Source: Candidatus Latescibacterota bacterium
GTDB taxonomy: Bacteria; Latescibacterota; UBA2968
Assembly: GCA_965204375.1 (NCBI GenBank)
Contig: OZ241986.1
Span: 5,760,001-5,824,000, forward strand
Length of the DNA stretch: 64,000 nucleotides
Direction: 5' to 3'
A program made the translations under genes and the position numbers. Within the stretch, counting starts at the first letter, position 1. Every line of letters starts with the position of its first letter. The notes below the pieces were generated by a model. It ran no database searches. It had not been told where the DNA came from and saw nothing but the letters and a program-made list of their open reading frames with translations. Positions 18,951 to 29,161 of this stretch are shown here, piece after piece.

Positions 18951-19989
18951 TACTGCGATAGCCGGTCATGCGTTTCCTTTTGTCGAAGTGTCCGGTACGG
19001 CGTACGACATGGGGTATCAGCACGGCAAACAGGCTGCGGATCTCGTTCACAAATATCTCGTGTGGATTGAAAAGCTCACGGGCAAATCCCGCGATGAACT
19101 CTGCCAGAATGCGCGTGCTTTTTATCCCTTAATTGAAAATCTGAGTCCGTTGTTTATGGAAGAGATTCGCGGGCTTGCCGATGGTGCGGGTATTTCTTTT
19201 GACGAAGCTCTTTTGTGTCAGGCGCGGGGCGAGGCCGCCAGTGTTCCGCCCGAGGGGTGTACGGCTTTCGCGCTTACTGGCTCTGCGACTGCCGATGGGT
19301 ATCCCCTGGCCGGTCAAAATCAGGATCTCGCGCCCGAATACGCCGATGTCGCCATTCTCTTGCACGTCTGTCCTTCTGATGGGCGTCCCCGGGCATTGCT
19401 TTTCACTTTTGCGGGACAATTGGGTTATTCGGGTATGAACCAATACGGTCTGGCTCATTTTGCCAATGCGCTTTACGATTGTCCCTGGCAGATGGGCTTG
19501 CCTCACTACCCGCTCAAACGCATTATGCTGGAGCAGAAGGGTCTGGATACCTGTCTTCGAATTCTCAGACAACATCCCACCTGTTCGGCTGGCAACATGG
19601 TTTTTTGTTTTGGCGATGGACAGATTGCCGATCTCGAGATCCGTCCCGAAGGCGTGATGCAATTTACCGATACACATCCCGATGCGATTGTTCACGCCAA
19701 CCACTATCTCACGCCTGAATTTGCACCCTGCGAAACCAATAGTCTCGCCGATTCCTGCCCCCGGCGCGATAGGATGCGCGATCTGGTCAGAGAACACTGG
19801 GGCGATATCACAGTGGATACAATGAAGGCCATTCTCTCGGATCACGATGGCGATCCCGCAGCGATATGCCGCCACGGTGCTGTAGATATGTATTCTATTT
19901 CGGGTTATATTGCCGAACCCGCAAAGGGGTTGCTCCACGTTAGACGGGGATTGGGTTGCACGGGAACGTGGACGGCTTATGAGGTGTAG
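18943..19989 (+). CDS. Peptidase C45 / Ntn-hydrolase (acyl-CoA:6-APA acyltransferase family)
   Basis: G.QHG, EE.RGLA.GA, G-CT autocleavage site, GQN.D, GMN..G, H.NH. Confidence 0.85.
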   Translation: MDNTAIAGHAFPFVEVSGTAYDMGYQHGKQAADLVHKYLVWIEKLTGKSRDELCQNARAFYPLIENLSPLFMEEIRGLADGAGISFDEALLCQARGEAASVPPEGCTAFALTGSATADGYPLAGQNQDLAPEYADVAILLHVCPSDGRPRALLFTFAGQLGYSGMNQYGLAHFANALYDCPWQMGLPHYPLKRIMLEQKGLDTCLRILRQHPTCSAGNMVFCFGDGQIADLEIRPEGVMQFTDTHPDAIVHANHYLTPEFAPCETNSLADSCPRRDRMRDLVREHWGDITVDTMKAILSDHDGDPAAICRHGAVDMYSISGYIAEPAKGLLHVRRGLGCTGTWTAYEV

Positions 19990-20006
19990 TGTTTTTACAG
20001 GCGGGT

Positions 20007-20945
20007 TCAGGGGGTCCAGGTTTTGGCGCGTTCGGCGTAGTCTCGGGCCTGAGCGGGGATATCTACGCCGACTTCTTCGGACCAGGCTGTGAGAAGCTGT
20101 TGATAGATGGGACCGGGTTTACCCGTGCCGACGGGTTGGAAGTTGAAGCGGGTGATGGGGACCATACAGATGGTGGTTGACGTGTACCAGGCTTCGTCGG
20201 CTTCTCGCACGTCGTAGGGTTCGATGTCGGTTTCATAGACGGGAATATTCAGTCTCGCAGCGATGTCCATGCAGACCTGGCGAGAGACGCCCCGCAGGAT
20301 ATCGTGTGGTTTGGGTGTGTGGATTTCGCCATTGCGGGCGATGAAGAAATTGGTGCCAGTGCCTTCGGTTATAAAGCCGCGTTCGTCGGTGAGGAGGGCG
20401 TTGGCACCTTTTTCCATGCGTTGAGCCTGGAGGTTGGCAATCTGGTAGTAGATGCGGCTGCGATTTTTGGCTTTGGGGTCGATGTACCGGGCGGGTACGG
20501 ATTGCTGGGGCGTGATGACAAAGTGAGCGCCCTGTTCGTAATAGTGGGCACTGCCTCCAATGTGGCGCACGAGCGGGATGACGTTGATGGTGACGATGGG
20601 ACTGGCACCTTCTGCGACGAGGGTGTCGTAAAAGCCCAGGGCTCCCCGGGTGACGTTGTGCATGATCTGAAAGTCCAGATTTTCCAGGGCGGACAGATTT
20701 TTTTTTATGGTTTTGTGTGTGGCGTCTTCCATCTGGTCAATGCTGAGGCCGCAGTCGATTTCGGCGTATTTCATGGAGGCGTACAGGCGTTTCAGATGGT
20801 TGCGAAGGCAGTAGGGTTTTTGCTTGAAGGAGCGGGTCATTTCAAATACCATGTCTCCAAACATCAGGGCGGAGTCGAAGATGGAGATACGGGCTTCGCG
20901 TTCGGGAACAAAGTTCCCGTTGAAATAGACGAGGCGCTGGGGCAT
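20007..20945 (-). CDS. PLP-dependent class IV aminotransferase
   Basis: SIFD....GD.VFE, HL.RL, KAKNRSR, EG.G.N.F, L.GVSR, ADE. Confidence 0.9.
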   Translation of the reverse strand: MPQRLVYFNGNFVPEREARISIFDSALMFGDMVFEMTRSFKQKPYCLRNHLKRLYASMKYAEIDCGLSIDQMEDATHKTIKKNLSALENLDFQIMHNVTRGALGFYDTLVAEGASPIVTINVIPLVRHIGGSAHYYEQGAHFVITPQQSVPARYIDPKAKNRSRIYYQIANLQAQRMEKGANALLTDERGFITEGTGTNFFIARNGEIHTPKPHDILRGVSRQVCMDIAARLNIPVYETDIEPYDVREADEAWYTSTTICMVPITRFNFQPVGTGKPGPIYQQLLTAWSEEVGVDIPAQARDYAERAKTWTP

Positions 20946-21079
20946 GGGGAGACCTTTCATGAGAGTCGGAATTTGGGAAATAGGTTGTTATATATACGAC
21001 AATTTTTTTGAAATTCAAGTGAGGATGGCGATGGAGGTCACGGAGGTCGAACTATAAACCGAAAGAGAGGATCGAGACA

Positions 21080-22135
21080 ATGGCGGAGCGATATAGAGCG
21101 GCGTTAATCGGATGCGGCAGGATGGGGGCGACGATTGACGATGAGGTGCTGGATCGTCCCGATAGGCATCTGTGGATCCCGTATTCACATGCAGCAGCGG
21201 CTGTGGCGTGTGAGCGGACGGAACTCGTAGCGGTTTCGGATGTGATAGCAGAGAAGGCAGAGGCGATTCGCCAGCGGTACGAGGTTGCGGTTTGTTATAC
21301 GGATTATCGGGAGATGATTGAGAAGGAGAAGCCGGATATCGTGTGTATCGCGACCCGTCCAGCGACCCATTCAGATATAACGGTTTTTGCGGCCGAACAT
21401 GGGGTGAAGGGGATTTATTGCGAGAAGCCATTGTGCTGTTCGATGGCAGAGGCAGACGCGATGGTGGCAGTGGTTGAGAAGTACGGAGTGAAGTTCAATT
21501 ACGGTACGCAGCGGCGATATATTTCGGTTTATCGGAAGATGCGGGAACTGGCGGATGCCGGGGAATTGGGTACGGTGCAGGCTGTGATTGTGCAGGATGG
21601 GGTGACAGCGGCGTTGTGGGGGTTAACCCATGGGGCAGATATGATGTTATTATTAGCCGGAGATGCCGAGATTGAGTACGTGCAGGGCACCATTGTGTGT
21701 GAGGATGAGGATTGGGAGGGCAATCGCCTGAATGTGGATCCGGGCATAGCCAGCGGGTACGTTCGGTTTGCCAATGGGGTTCACGGATATACAACGGCGG
21801 GTAGCGGCTCAGAGTTTGAGATTTGTGGCTCGGAGGGAAAGTTGAGAACGTTTAATAATGCGATGACCTATCAGTTTCGAAAGGCAAGCGGCGTGCGATA
21901 TATGCTGGAGGAGCAGGCATTTCCAGAGGTTCCGTGCGAGAGTGGCACGGTGAATGGGATTCGGGATATCGCGGAGGCGCTGGATACAGGGCGAGAGACA
22001 AAGGGGCCGGTTCATCTGGCGCGACGGAGCCAGGAGATGGTGATGGGGTTTATTGAGTCGCATCGGTTGGGCGGTGTGCGGGTAAGTTTGCCGATGGAGA
22101 ACCGAGAACTGTATGTGGGGCGGGAGAACTGGTGA
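21080..22135 (+). CDS. Gfo/Idh/MocA oxidoreductase
   Basis: IGCGRMG Rossmann motif, PDIV.IAT, CEKP. Confidence 0.9.
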   Translation: MAERYRAALIGCGRMGATIDDEVLDRPDRHLWIPYSHAAAAVACERTELVAVSDVIAEKAEAIRQRYEVAVCYTDYREMIEKEKPDIVCIATRPATHSDITVFAAEHGVKGIYCEKPLCCSMAEADAMVAVVEKYGVKFNYGTQRRYISVYRKMRELADAGELGTVQAVIVQDGVTAALWGLTHGADMMLLLAGDAEIEYVQGTIVCEDEDWEGNRLNVDPGIASGYVRFANGVHGYTTAGSGSEFEICGSEGKLRTFNNAMTYQFRKASGVRYMLEEQAFPEVPCESGTVNGIRDIAEALDTGRETKGPVHLARRSQEMVMGFIESHRLGGVRVSLPMENRELYVGRENW

Positions 22136-22194
22136 GCGCGCGTTATTACTCCCCAGCCCATATTCTATTTCTGCTGTCTGGAAGGAGGATGGCG

Positions 22195-23454
22195 ATGAAG
22201 ATCACGGAGATTGAGGTGATTCCGCTTCGGGTCCCGTATGAGGCGCGTATCCGGAAGGCGTATTATCATTTTGCGATGAGGGAAGAGGTGACGGTTTATA
22301 AGTTTTATACGGATACGGGACTGATAGGGTTGGGGGAGAATGTGGGGTCGCCGTTTGGTCAGAAGATGCTGGAGACTTATATCGGGACGGATCCATTTGA
22401 CCATGTGATGGGGCAGGGGCGGTTTAATCTGGATATGGCGTGCTACGATTTGATGGGCAAGCATCTGGGGTTGCCGGCGTGGAAGCTGATGGGGCAGCAG
22501 GTGCGTCAGTGGGTGGCTATGGGGTGGTGGATGCCGTGTATGTCGGTGGAGGATACAGCGGCGGAGGTGCAGGTGGCGGCAGAGCGGGGATACCGGGGGT
22601 TGAAGTGCAAGGCGCGGGCGTTTTACGATGTGGTGGCATGCGCACAGGCGATTCAGGATGTTGCGCCAGTGGATTTCCGGGTGGAGTTCGATTTTAACGG
22701 GGCGCTGATTTGTGTGGAGAAAGCGTTGCCGGTGTTGCGGGAGTTGGAGAAGATTCCGGTGGTGAAGGGGGTGGAGGAGCCAATTTTTGCGTATGATGTT
22801 GAAGGGTGGCGCAGGCTGCATGAGGCGATTCGGATACCGTTCTATTTGCACGGGGTGCGGGTGCTGTGTGAGGCGGCGTCGCGGCAGCCATCAGGGCCGT
22901 GGATAGGACTTCGGGCGGGAGATTTTGATGGGGCGCTTTGCAGCCATGAGTGTGTGCGGGATGCACTGGCGGCGGCTTGGACTTTTGCGGCGGCGAATAC
23001 GCCGATTTTGTTGCAGTATGTGGGAACGGGGATTACGACGGCGTTCGCGCTTCAGTTGGGTGCGGTGATGCCGACAGCGACGCTGCCTGGGGTGACGGCA
23101 AGCCATTCTTATGAGGACGATTTGATTGTGGATGCACATTTGGTGCAGCGCGGGTTTATGAAGGTTCCAGAGGGGCCTGGCCTGGGCGTGGTGCTGGATG
23201 AGGATGCCGTGGCGGAGTATCGGGAGATACCTGCTGTGGAATGGCCCCGGCACGTTTCGGTGGTGACGCTGCCGGGTGGTATCAAACATTATTATCGCGA
23301 TTTGCAACAGGCAGAGCGGCTGATGAAACAGGGGGTGGATGAGTCGTTTGCACCGGGCGTGCGCCTGGATGAGTGGGAGGACGATGGGAGCGAGGAATTT
23401 GACAGGCTTTGGACCCAGTTGCAGGCGCAGGATGCACCGATTTGGGACGGGTGA
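22195..23454 (+). CDS. Mandelate racemase/muconate lactonizing (enolase superfamily) enzyme
   Basis: MKITEIE, TD.GL.GLGE, DMA.YDL.GK..G.P, KCK, DFN, EEP, VP.GPGLG; RBS AGGAGG. Confidence 0.82.
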   Translation: MKITEIEVIPLRVPYEARIRKAYYHFAMREEVTVYKFYTDTGLIGLGENVGSPFGQKMLETYIGTDPFDHVMGQGRFNLDMACYDLMGKHLGLPAWKLMGQQVRQWVAMGWWMPCMSVEDTAAEVQVAAERGYRGLKCKARAFYDVVACAQAIQDVAPVDFRVEFDFNGALICVEKALPVLRELEKIPVVKGVEEPIFAYDVEGWRRLHEAIRIPFYLHGVRVLCEAASRQPSGPWIGLRAGDFDGALCSHECVRDALAAAWTFAAANTPILLQYVGTGITTAFALQLGAVMPTATLPGVTASHSYEDDLIVDAHLVQRGFMKVPEGPGLGVVLDEDAVAEYREIPAVEWPRHVSVVTLPGGIKHYYRDLQQAERLMKQGVDESFAPGVRLDEWEDDGSEEFDRLWTQLQAQDAPIWDG

Positions 23455-23456
23455 AG

Positions 23457-25004
23457 ATGAGATGGTTTTTAACAGTATTGTTGCTGTGGCCTCTGTGTGG
23501 GCAGACTGAGGAGAAAATATTGATGCAAATTGCGACGACGATTGATTTTGGCAAAGATGTGGGGCAGAACTGGGGTACGCTGTTTGAGGCGCGAGATGCA
23601 GAGGGTCGCGCGGTTTTGGGCGCGGGGTTTACAGGTGTGTATAATACGGCGTTTCGCATGGATCGATATACGTTGCAGTTTTTTGTGCGGGATGATGAAG
23701 CGGAGATGAATTTTGAGACGTTGCCGCCTTCGACGGAGGATGGGGGAAGTTATTTGTTCGATCTGGATGGCCGGGTGTACGCGTGTAGCTACCATCAGGA
23801 TCGGACTGTGAGAGCGTGGGACGATGTAGCAGGTGCCTGGCAGGTGGATGAGAGTTTTGGCGTGGGTGAGACGGTGAGCGGGGAGGGCAAGATGCAGGTT
23901 GGAGGGAAGGTGCTTCAGTTTAAGGGGGGTGAGGCGTGGTATGATGGGGAGCGGGTTCTCGCAAAACCGGTGTCCGGATATTACCATCATTTTTATTACG
24001 CGCTGGGCTATCTGACGTTTTTCTATAAGAACGAGGAGGTGGAACAGCCATACACGAAATTGTACGCAGTGCCCTATGTGCCGGGAGATGGGGCGGTTGA
24101 TCTGGGGAAAGCGGTGGTGCTCGATCTGAAGTACGATCGAGAGACGCCGTTTGCCATTGGGCAGCTTGGGAATGAGATTGTAAATTCGTCCAATATGGGC
24201 GGGATATATGCGTTCGACGGGGCGAGGTGGAAGGTGTTGCGCGCGTCATTGGAGGGGGTGAGTTTTCAGCTTTATTCGATGTTGAACTGGTATGATAAGT
24301 TGTTGATGGCGCAGTATCCAATGGGTAATTTGTTTATTTACGATGGGGAGGAGGTTCGTCACCTGAAGGATTGGCCGCCTGTGATGCCGGGGGTGTCGGA
24401 TAGGGTGCGAGAGGCACAGACAACGGGGTTTTACGGCGGGGATCTCTATGTGGGCGTTTGGCCGTGGTCCGAGTTGTGGCGGTACGATGCACACAGAGAT
24501 CGCTGGCAGTTTGTGAAGCGGATGTTCCGGCGTCCGCCAATTACAGATGAGATGAATCACCCGTGGGAAGATCGAGTTGTGGCGTATAATGAAGAACACG
24601 ATGGCGATATGGTGCTTAATAATTGGGGGCAGCGCGTGACGGGACTATCTCCGATGGGGGACGCGCTCTATCTTTCCGTGAGTGCTAAGGGGTGTCCCGA
24701 GCGAGATATGCGGCTTGCGTTTTTGCACGATGACGAGGTGTGGGATGAATACCGCGTGGTGCATCGATTAAAAAAGCCGGGGCATGTTTCTGTGCCGGTT
24801 GTGTGGCGCGAAGGGCCGACTACGCTTATGTTTACGGTTGGAGAGGCGGAGATCAGTGTCGTGCAGGATGGGAGGCTTTTGGGTTCGGCGCCAGTTCGAC
24901 GAGAACAGGCGGAGCGGGTGGTGGAGGGTGCCGAATTTCAGTGGGGATATGGGATGTATGGACCGCTGCGAGCGGAGTTGCAGTCAAAGGCGGTGGATCG
25001 GTAG
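23457..25004 (+). CDS. Secreted hypothetical protein, probably beta-propeller-like
   Basis: Hydrophobic N-terminal signal; repeated short strands ending in YDG/FDG..W; lies within the operon. Confidence 0.6.
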   Translation: MRWFLTVLLLWPLCGQTEEKILMQIATTIDFGKDVGQNWGTLFEARDAEGRAVLGAGFTGVYNTAFRMDRYTLQFFVRDDEAEMNFETLPPSTEDGGSYLFDLDGRVYACSYHQDRTVRAWDDVAGAWQVDESFGVGETVSGEGKMQVGGKVLQFKGGEAWYDGERVLAKPVSGYYHHFYYALGYLTFFYKNEEVEQPYTKLYAVPYVPGDGAVDLGKAVVLDLKYDRETPFAIGQLGNEIVNSSNMGGIYAFDGARWKVLRASLEGVSFQLYSMLNWYDKLLMAQYPMGNLFIYDGEEVRHLKDWPPVMPGVSDRVREAQTTGFYGGDLYVGVWPWSELWRYDAHRDRWQFVKRMFRRPPITDEMNHPWEDRVVAYNEEHDGDMVLNNWGQRVTGLSPMGDALYLSVSAKGCPERDMRLAFLHDDEVWDEYRVVHRLKKPGHVSVPVVWREGPTTLMFTVGEAEISVVQDGRLLGSAPVRREQAERVVEGAEFQWGYGMYGPLRAELQSKAVDR

Positions 25005-25061
25005 TTCGAGCAGGGATGGCGGTTTTTGTGGATAACCACATTCTAAATTTGGAGGAGATGC

Positions 25062-26111
25062 ATGGCTGTTACACGTGAGGATTTACAGGCCGCTATTGAT
25101 CAGTTCCCGCGTACGGAACTGGCTGATTTGCCGACGCGGTTGGACGATTGTCCGCGGTTTTCAGAGGCGCTGGATGGGAAGGTGCGGGTGATGGTGAAGC
25201 GGGATGATTTGACGGGGCTGGCTTTTGGAGGGAATAAGACGCGAAAGTTTGATCTGGCGCTGGGAGATGCGGTGGCGCAAGGGGCTACGGCGGTGATAAC
25301 GGGCGCGGCGTCACAGTCGAATCACGCGCGGCAGGCGGCGGCAGCGGCTGCCAGGCTGGGGATGAAGTGCGTGCTGGTGAATCGGCACGATCACCGCAGC
25401 CAGATGGGTATTCAGGGCAATCAGTTGCTGGACAATATTCTGGGGGCGGATGTGCGGCTGGTGGTGGATGGCGTGAATCAGAATGAGGTGAAGGAGCGGG
25501 TTGTGGCGGAACTGACGGCGCAGGGAGAGAAGCCCTATCTGATCGGGCAGCGTGCGGTGGTGTTGGGGACGTTGGCTTATGTGGGCTGTGTGCTGGAGAT
25601 TGTGGCGCAGCTTGAAGCGATGGATGCACGGGCGGATTTTATTTGTACCGCGTCCGGGCACGGGACACATGCGGGGTTGGCATTGGGGGTGAAAGCGCTG
25701 GGGTTGCCAATTCAGACGCAGGGGTTTTCGCCGAGCAAGGGGGATGAGGCGCAGCGGAAGGTGAGGCTGGCAGAGGTGGCCAACGAGGCGGCAGAGCTTT
25801 TGGAGTTGGATGTTCGGTTGCGGACAGAGGAGTTGGAAAATACGGATGCGTACGTGGGTGAGAATTATGGCATTGTGACTGAGGCAGGACTAAATGCATT
25901 GCATTTGCTGGCGCGGACAGAGGGTATATTGCTCGATCCGGTATATACGAGTAAGGCGATGTCAGGGGTGATTGATAGAATTCGGACGGGAGAGATTCCA
26001 GAGGGTTCTACAGTGGTGTACGTGCATACAGGTGGGAATCCAGCGCTGTTCGCGTATGCGCCAGAGTTGATTTCACATGGAGATTATCGGCAAAACCTCG
26101 TGACGAATTGA
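25062..26111 (+). CDS. D-cysteine desulfhydrase / ACC deaminase family PLP enzyme
   Basis: KRDD.TG...GGNK.RK, QSNH, LDPVYT.KA, HTGG. Confidence 0.9.
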   Translation: MAVTREDLQAAIDQFPRTELADLPTRLDDCPRFSEALDGKVRVMVKRDDLTGLAFGGNKTRKFDLALGDAVAQGATAVITGAASQSNHARQAAAAAARLGMKCVLVNRHDHRSQMGIQGNQLLDNILGADVRLVVDGVNQNEVKERVVAELTAQGEKPYLIGQRAVVLGTLAYVGCVLEIVAQLEAMDARADFICTASGHGTHAGLALGVKALGLPIQTQGFSPSKGDEAQRKVRLAEVANEAAELLELDVRLRTEELENTDAYVGENYGIVTEAGLNALHLLARTEGILLDPVYTSKAMSGVIDRIRTGEIPEGSTVVYVHTGGNPALFAYAPELISHGDYRQNLVTN

Positions 26112-26153
26112 AGCGGGCTCTAGAACTGGAGGCGAATTGGGTTTGTCTGTTTC

Positions 26154-26849
26154 TCATTGATAGACACCATCGATAAGCGTCTTTCCAAATTCTGCGACAA
26201 ACAAAAGAAAATCGCTAATACTTATTGTTCCATCAAAATCTAAATCGCCATGTCTCGCCCTGAAAAGAGAGTCTTGTGTCGCGGTAAAAATAGGAGCTAT
26301 GCGGTTCGGGTCATTCCACACGCCCTTGTTTTGGGCCTTTGCTTCCTTTTGTGCTGATACAAACTCATTTCGCTTTTCGTATTCGTGTTCAACGTCAGCT
26401 ACGCCATATCCCTGCCTTACCAATTCAAGGTTAAACAAAACGCCGTCCAAATACACATAAACGAGCAACCTGTCAAAAGCGTCTTTTTGCTGGTGGTCAA
26501 AAGATAATTTTACTTTTTTTCCGTACAGTCTTTGTCGTGTGTATTCTTTCGCTTCGGGGCCGTAAAAACCAACGGGTTCGAATGGGTGATTTGTCTCTGG
26601 CGTATCTACTCCTAACAAGCGCACGGTCACTGTGTATTTTAAATGCGTAACGTCTATTGTATCGCCGTCTTTCACGTCGGTTACTGTAAAATACACGTCG
26701 TCAAGGTCAACGCATCCAGAAGGCGCATGGCAATGGTAGGTGTTATCCGATGTGTCAAAGTGACCGCCCTGTGAATCTTGCCCGCCTCCGTGGGCAATCG
26801 CTAATGAAACAAAACAAAACAAATTACCAAATATCAAAATCTTTTTCAT
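26154..26849 (-). CDS. Secreted thermonuclease (SNase) with N-terminal YHYH-like motif and C-terminal EF-hand/dockerin half-site
   Basis: Signal peptide; HGGG.D..GGH.....YHCH; V.DGDT, VRL.GVDTPE, D.F.RLL.YVY, N.ELV..G.G; GDLDFDG.I.ISDFL.F...FG. Confidence 0.85.
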   Translation of the reverse strand: MKKILIFGNLFCFVSLAIAHGGGQDSQGGHFDTSDNTYHCHAPSGCVDLDDVYFTVTDVKDGDTIDVTHLKYTVTVRLLGVDTPETNHPFEPVGFYGPEAKEYTRQRLYGKKVKLSFDHQQKDAFDRLLVYVYLDGVLFNLELVRQGYGVADVEHEYEKRNEFVSAQKEAKAQNKGVWNDPNRIAPIFTATQDSLFRARHGDLDFDGTISISDFLLFVAEFGKTLIDGVYQ

Positions 26850-26879
26850 GTTTCTACTCGTTTCTCAAAAATAGCAACT

Positions 26880-28406
26880 CTAAGCGTTTATTTCGCCTTT
26901 TAACCGCAGGCCGCGTGATACAAACACGCGCTCAAACAACTCGAACAGTCCCTGTACAATGAGCGCCAGCAATGCCGCAGGTACAGCCCCTTGTAAAATT
27001 AGACCGATATCGTCTAACCGAATCCCCGTTAAAATGGGTTGCCCATATCCCCCAGCGCCAATTAACGCCCCCAAAGTCGCTGTGCCCACATTGATCACAG
27101 CCGACGTTTTGATGCCCGCCAAAATCGACCGCGAGGCCATGGGTAATGTCACCAATCGAAGTTGTGCCCAGTCGGACAAACCCAATGCTGTAGCTGATTC
27201 TCGTATCCCCACTGGAATATCGTGCAGTCCCGCGTATGTATTTCGCACTATGGGCAGCAAACTGTACAAAAACAGCGCCACGATCGCAGGTGCCCCGCCA
27301 ATACCCAAAAACGGAATCATAAACACCAGCAGAGCCAGAGATGGAATGGTCTGGATAATGCCCACCAATCCCAAAATAATTTGTCCACCTCTTGCCCATC
27401 GGAATGCCACAATTCCCAGGGGAATTGACACCAGAATCGCCCCGAAAAGAGAAATTCCTACCAGGGCCAAATGATCCCATGTGTGCCGCCAGAATCGAGT
27501 GCCAGCAGTTTCTTTTTTTATTTTTATCTGTACATTGAGATTTTTAGCCAAAAAATTGGCCGCAACCTGGGCTTCTGGCTTTTTCTCCAATTTGACCTGT
27601 GCATTCATGACCATCATTTTTTTTTCTGAAATCAGCCCCTCTAATTTTAAAATTTCCTTTACTACTTGAGGTGCTCGATCTATCAAATCTACCCGATAGA
27701 CAATGACGGCATTGTAAATGGGGAAATGCTGCAGGTCATCCACCAGTGACCGCAACCCGTAATACTGGATCTCGGCATCTGTCGAATACATATCCATTAC
27801 GTCAATTGTACCACTCTCCAACCCGCGATAGGCCAAATCGTGGTCCAATCCACTCACATTCTGATGCGGGAGCACATACCGGTTCCTCAAACTCGGCCAC
27901 CCATCTCCTCTATCCATAAACTCGTTGCCAAATCCCAACTTCAAGTCTGGATGTTTCTTTAAATCCGAAATCGTCCGGATTCCCAGCGCTTCAGCCCTTG
28001 TTTCCAGCATGCCCAGTACGTATGTATTGTTAAATCCCAAAGGCCGACTCATCACAAGGCCCATCTCCGCCAACCGGGCGCGAATATCCGCTTCATTACT
28101 CAAATTTTCTCCCGCCAGAATCTCCCGACTCAGGGTACCTGTATAATCCGGATAAAGATCAATATCGCCCGCAATCAGTGCATTCCACAACACCCGCGTT
28201 CCTCCCAACTCGCGCCGATGCGTAACCGATGCGTTTACACTGCGCCCGATATGAGATAGCACTTCACCCAAAACGACCGACTCAGTGAACTTCTTTGATC
28301 CCACAACAATCTCTTGTGCCTGGGCTGATGTGCAGAACAAAAAGGAAAGTAGAATACACAGGGTGGTGAATTTCACTGACGTTGTGGTGTCGTGCAGGCG
28401 CGTCAT
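26880..28406 (-). CDS. Osmoprotectant (glycine betaine-type) ABC transporter, substrate-binding domain fused to permease
   Basis: VGSKKFTES, YP.YTGT, GFNNTY, YSTD.I; permease QTIPSLALL, LLPIVRNT, EAA-like ESATALG. Confidence 0.88.
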   Translation of the reverse strand: MTRLHDTTTSVKFTTLCILLSFLFCTSAQAQEIVVGSKKFTESVVLGEVLSHIGRSVNASVTHRRELGGTRVLWNALIAGDIDLYPDYTGTLSREILAGENLSNEADIRARLAEMGLVMSRPLGFNNTYVLGMLETRAEALGIRTISDLKKHPDLKLGFGNEFMDRGDGWPSLRNRYVLPHQNVSGLDHDLAYRGLESGTIDVMDMYSTDAEIQYYGLRSLVDDLQHFPIYNAVIVYRVDLIDRAPQVVKEILKLEGLISEKKMMVMNAQVKLEKKPEAQVAANFLAKNLNVQIKIKKETAGTRFWRHTWDHLALVGISLFGAILVSIPLGIVAFRWARGGQIILGLVGIIQTIPSLALLVFMIPFLGIGGAPAIVALFLYSLLPIVRNTYAGLHDIPVGIRESATALGLSDWAQLRLVTLPMASRSILAGIKTSAVINVGTATLGALIGAGGYGQPILTGIRLDDIGLILQGAVPAALLALIVQGLFELFERVFVSRGLRLKGEINA

Positions 28407-29161
28407 TTCACTATCTCTCCCGGCGCCATACTTTCCAACGGATTTCTCTGCGCATGAATAAACTGCGTCACAAATTCATGCGCCGGGTTCTGCATCAATT
28501 TTTTCAAGCTTCCAATCTGAACAATCTTCCCTTCCCGCATCAATACAATCTGATCTCCGAAGAATCCCGCCTCGCCCATATCGTGTGTCACCATTACTAC
28601 TGTTTTGCCCAATGTCTGAAATATCGAACGCAGATCCGATTGCAAATCCGCCCGAATCATCGGATCCAGGGCACCGAGCGGTTCGTCTAATAGCAATACG
28701 TCCGGGTCCAACATCAATGCCCGCATCAATCCCACGCGCTGTTGCTGACCACCTGACAATTCTCCTGGAAATCGTTCCAATCCATCTGCTGGAAAATGCG
28801 TTAAAGCTGCCAATGTCTCGATCCGAGAGTCGATCCGATCCTCTGCCCAACCCAGATAATTTGCCATTAACGCTACATTTTTTCGCGATGTTAAATGCGG
28901 AAACAAGCCTCCCTCTTGTATCACATAACCCATCTTTTGCCGCAGAGACAACACATTTGCTGGCGTCAGAGCTTGTCCTTTATAACTAACCGTGCCTTCG
29001 TCGGGCCAGATCAGTCCCACCATCAATCGAATTAAGGTTGATTTGCCACATCCACTCGGCCCAATTAACACCGTCGTCTGTTTAGCCTGCACACTCAGGT
29101 CAACTTCGCGCAGCGCCTGCAAATCGCCAAATGTTTTCGAAACACCTGTCACCTCAAACAT
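28403..29161 (-). CDS. ABC transporter ATP-binding subunit (OpuA/ProV-like)
   Basis: GPSGCGKST, YVIQEGGLFPH, LSGGQQQR, LLDEP. Confidence 0.93.
   Translation of the reverse strand: MFEVTGVSKTFGDLQALREVDLSVQAKQTTVLIGPSGCGKSTLIRLMVGLIWPDEGTVSYKGQALTPANVLSLRQKMGYVIQEGGLFPHLTSRKNVALMANYLGWAEDRIDSRIETLAALTHFPADGLERFPGELSGGQQQRVGLMRALMLDPDVLLLDEPLGALDPMIRADLQSDLRSIFQTLGKTVVMVTHDMGEAGFFGDQIVLMREGKIVQIGSLKKLMQNPAHEFVTQFIHAQRNPLESMAPGEIVK

Noticed and set aside
26880-29161. Specific call as ergothioneine transporter EgtUV
   Set aside because: Substrate cannot be resolved from motifs, and the order here is binding domain then permease; left as osmoprotectant-type
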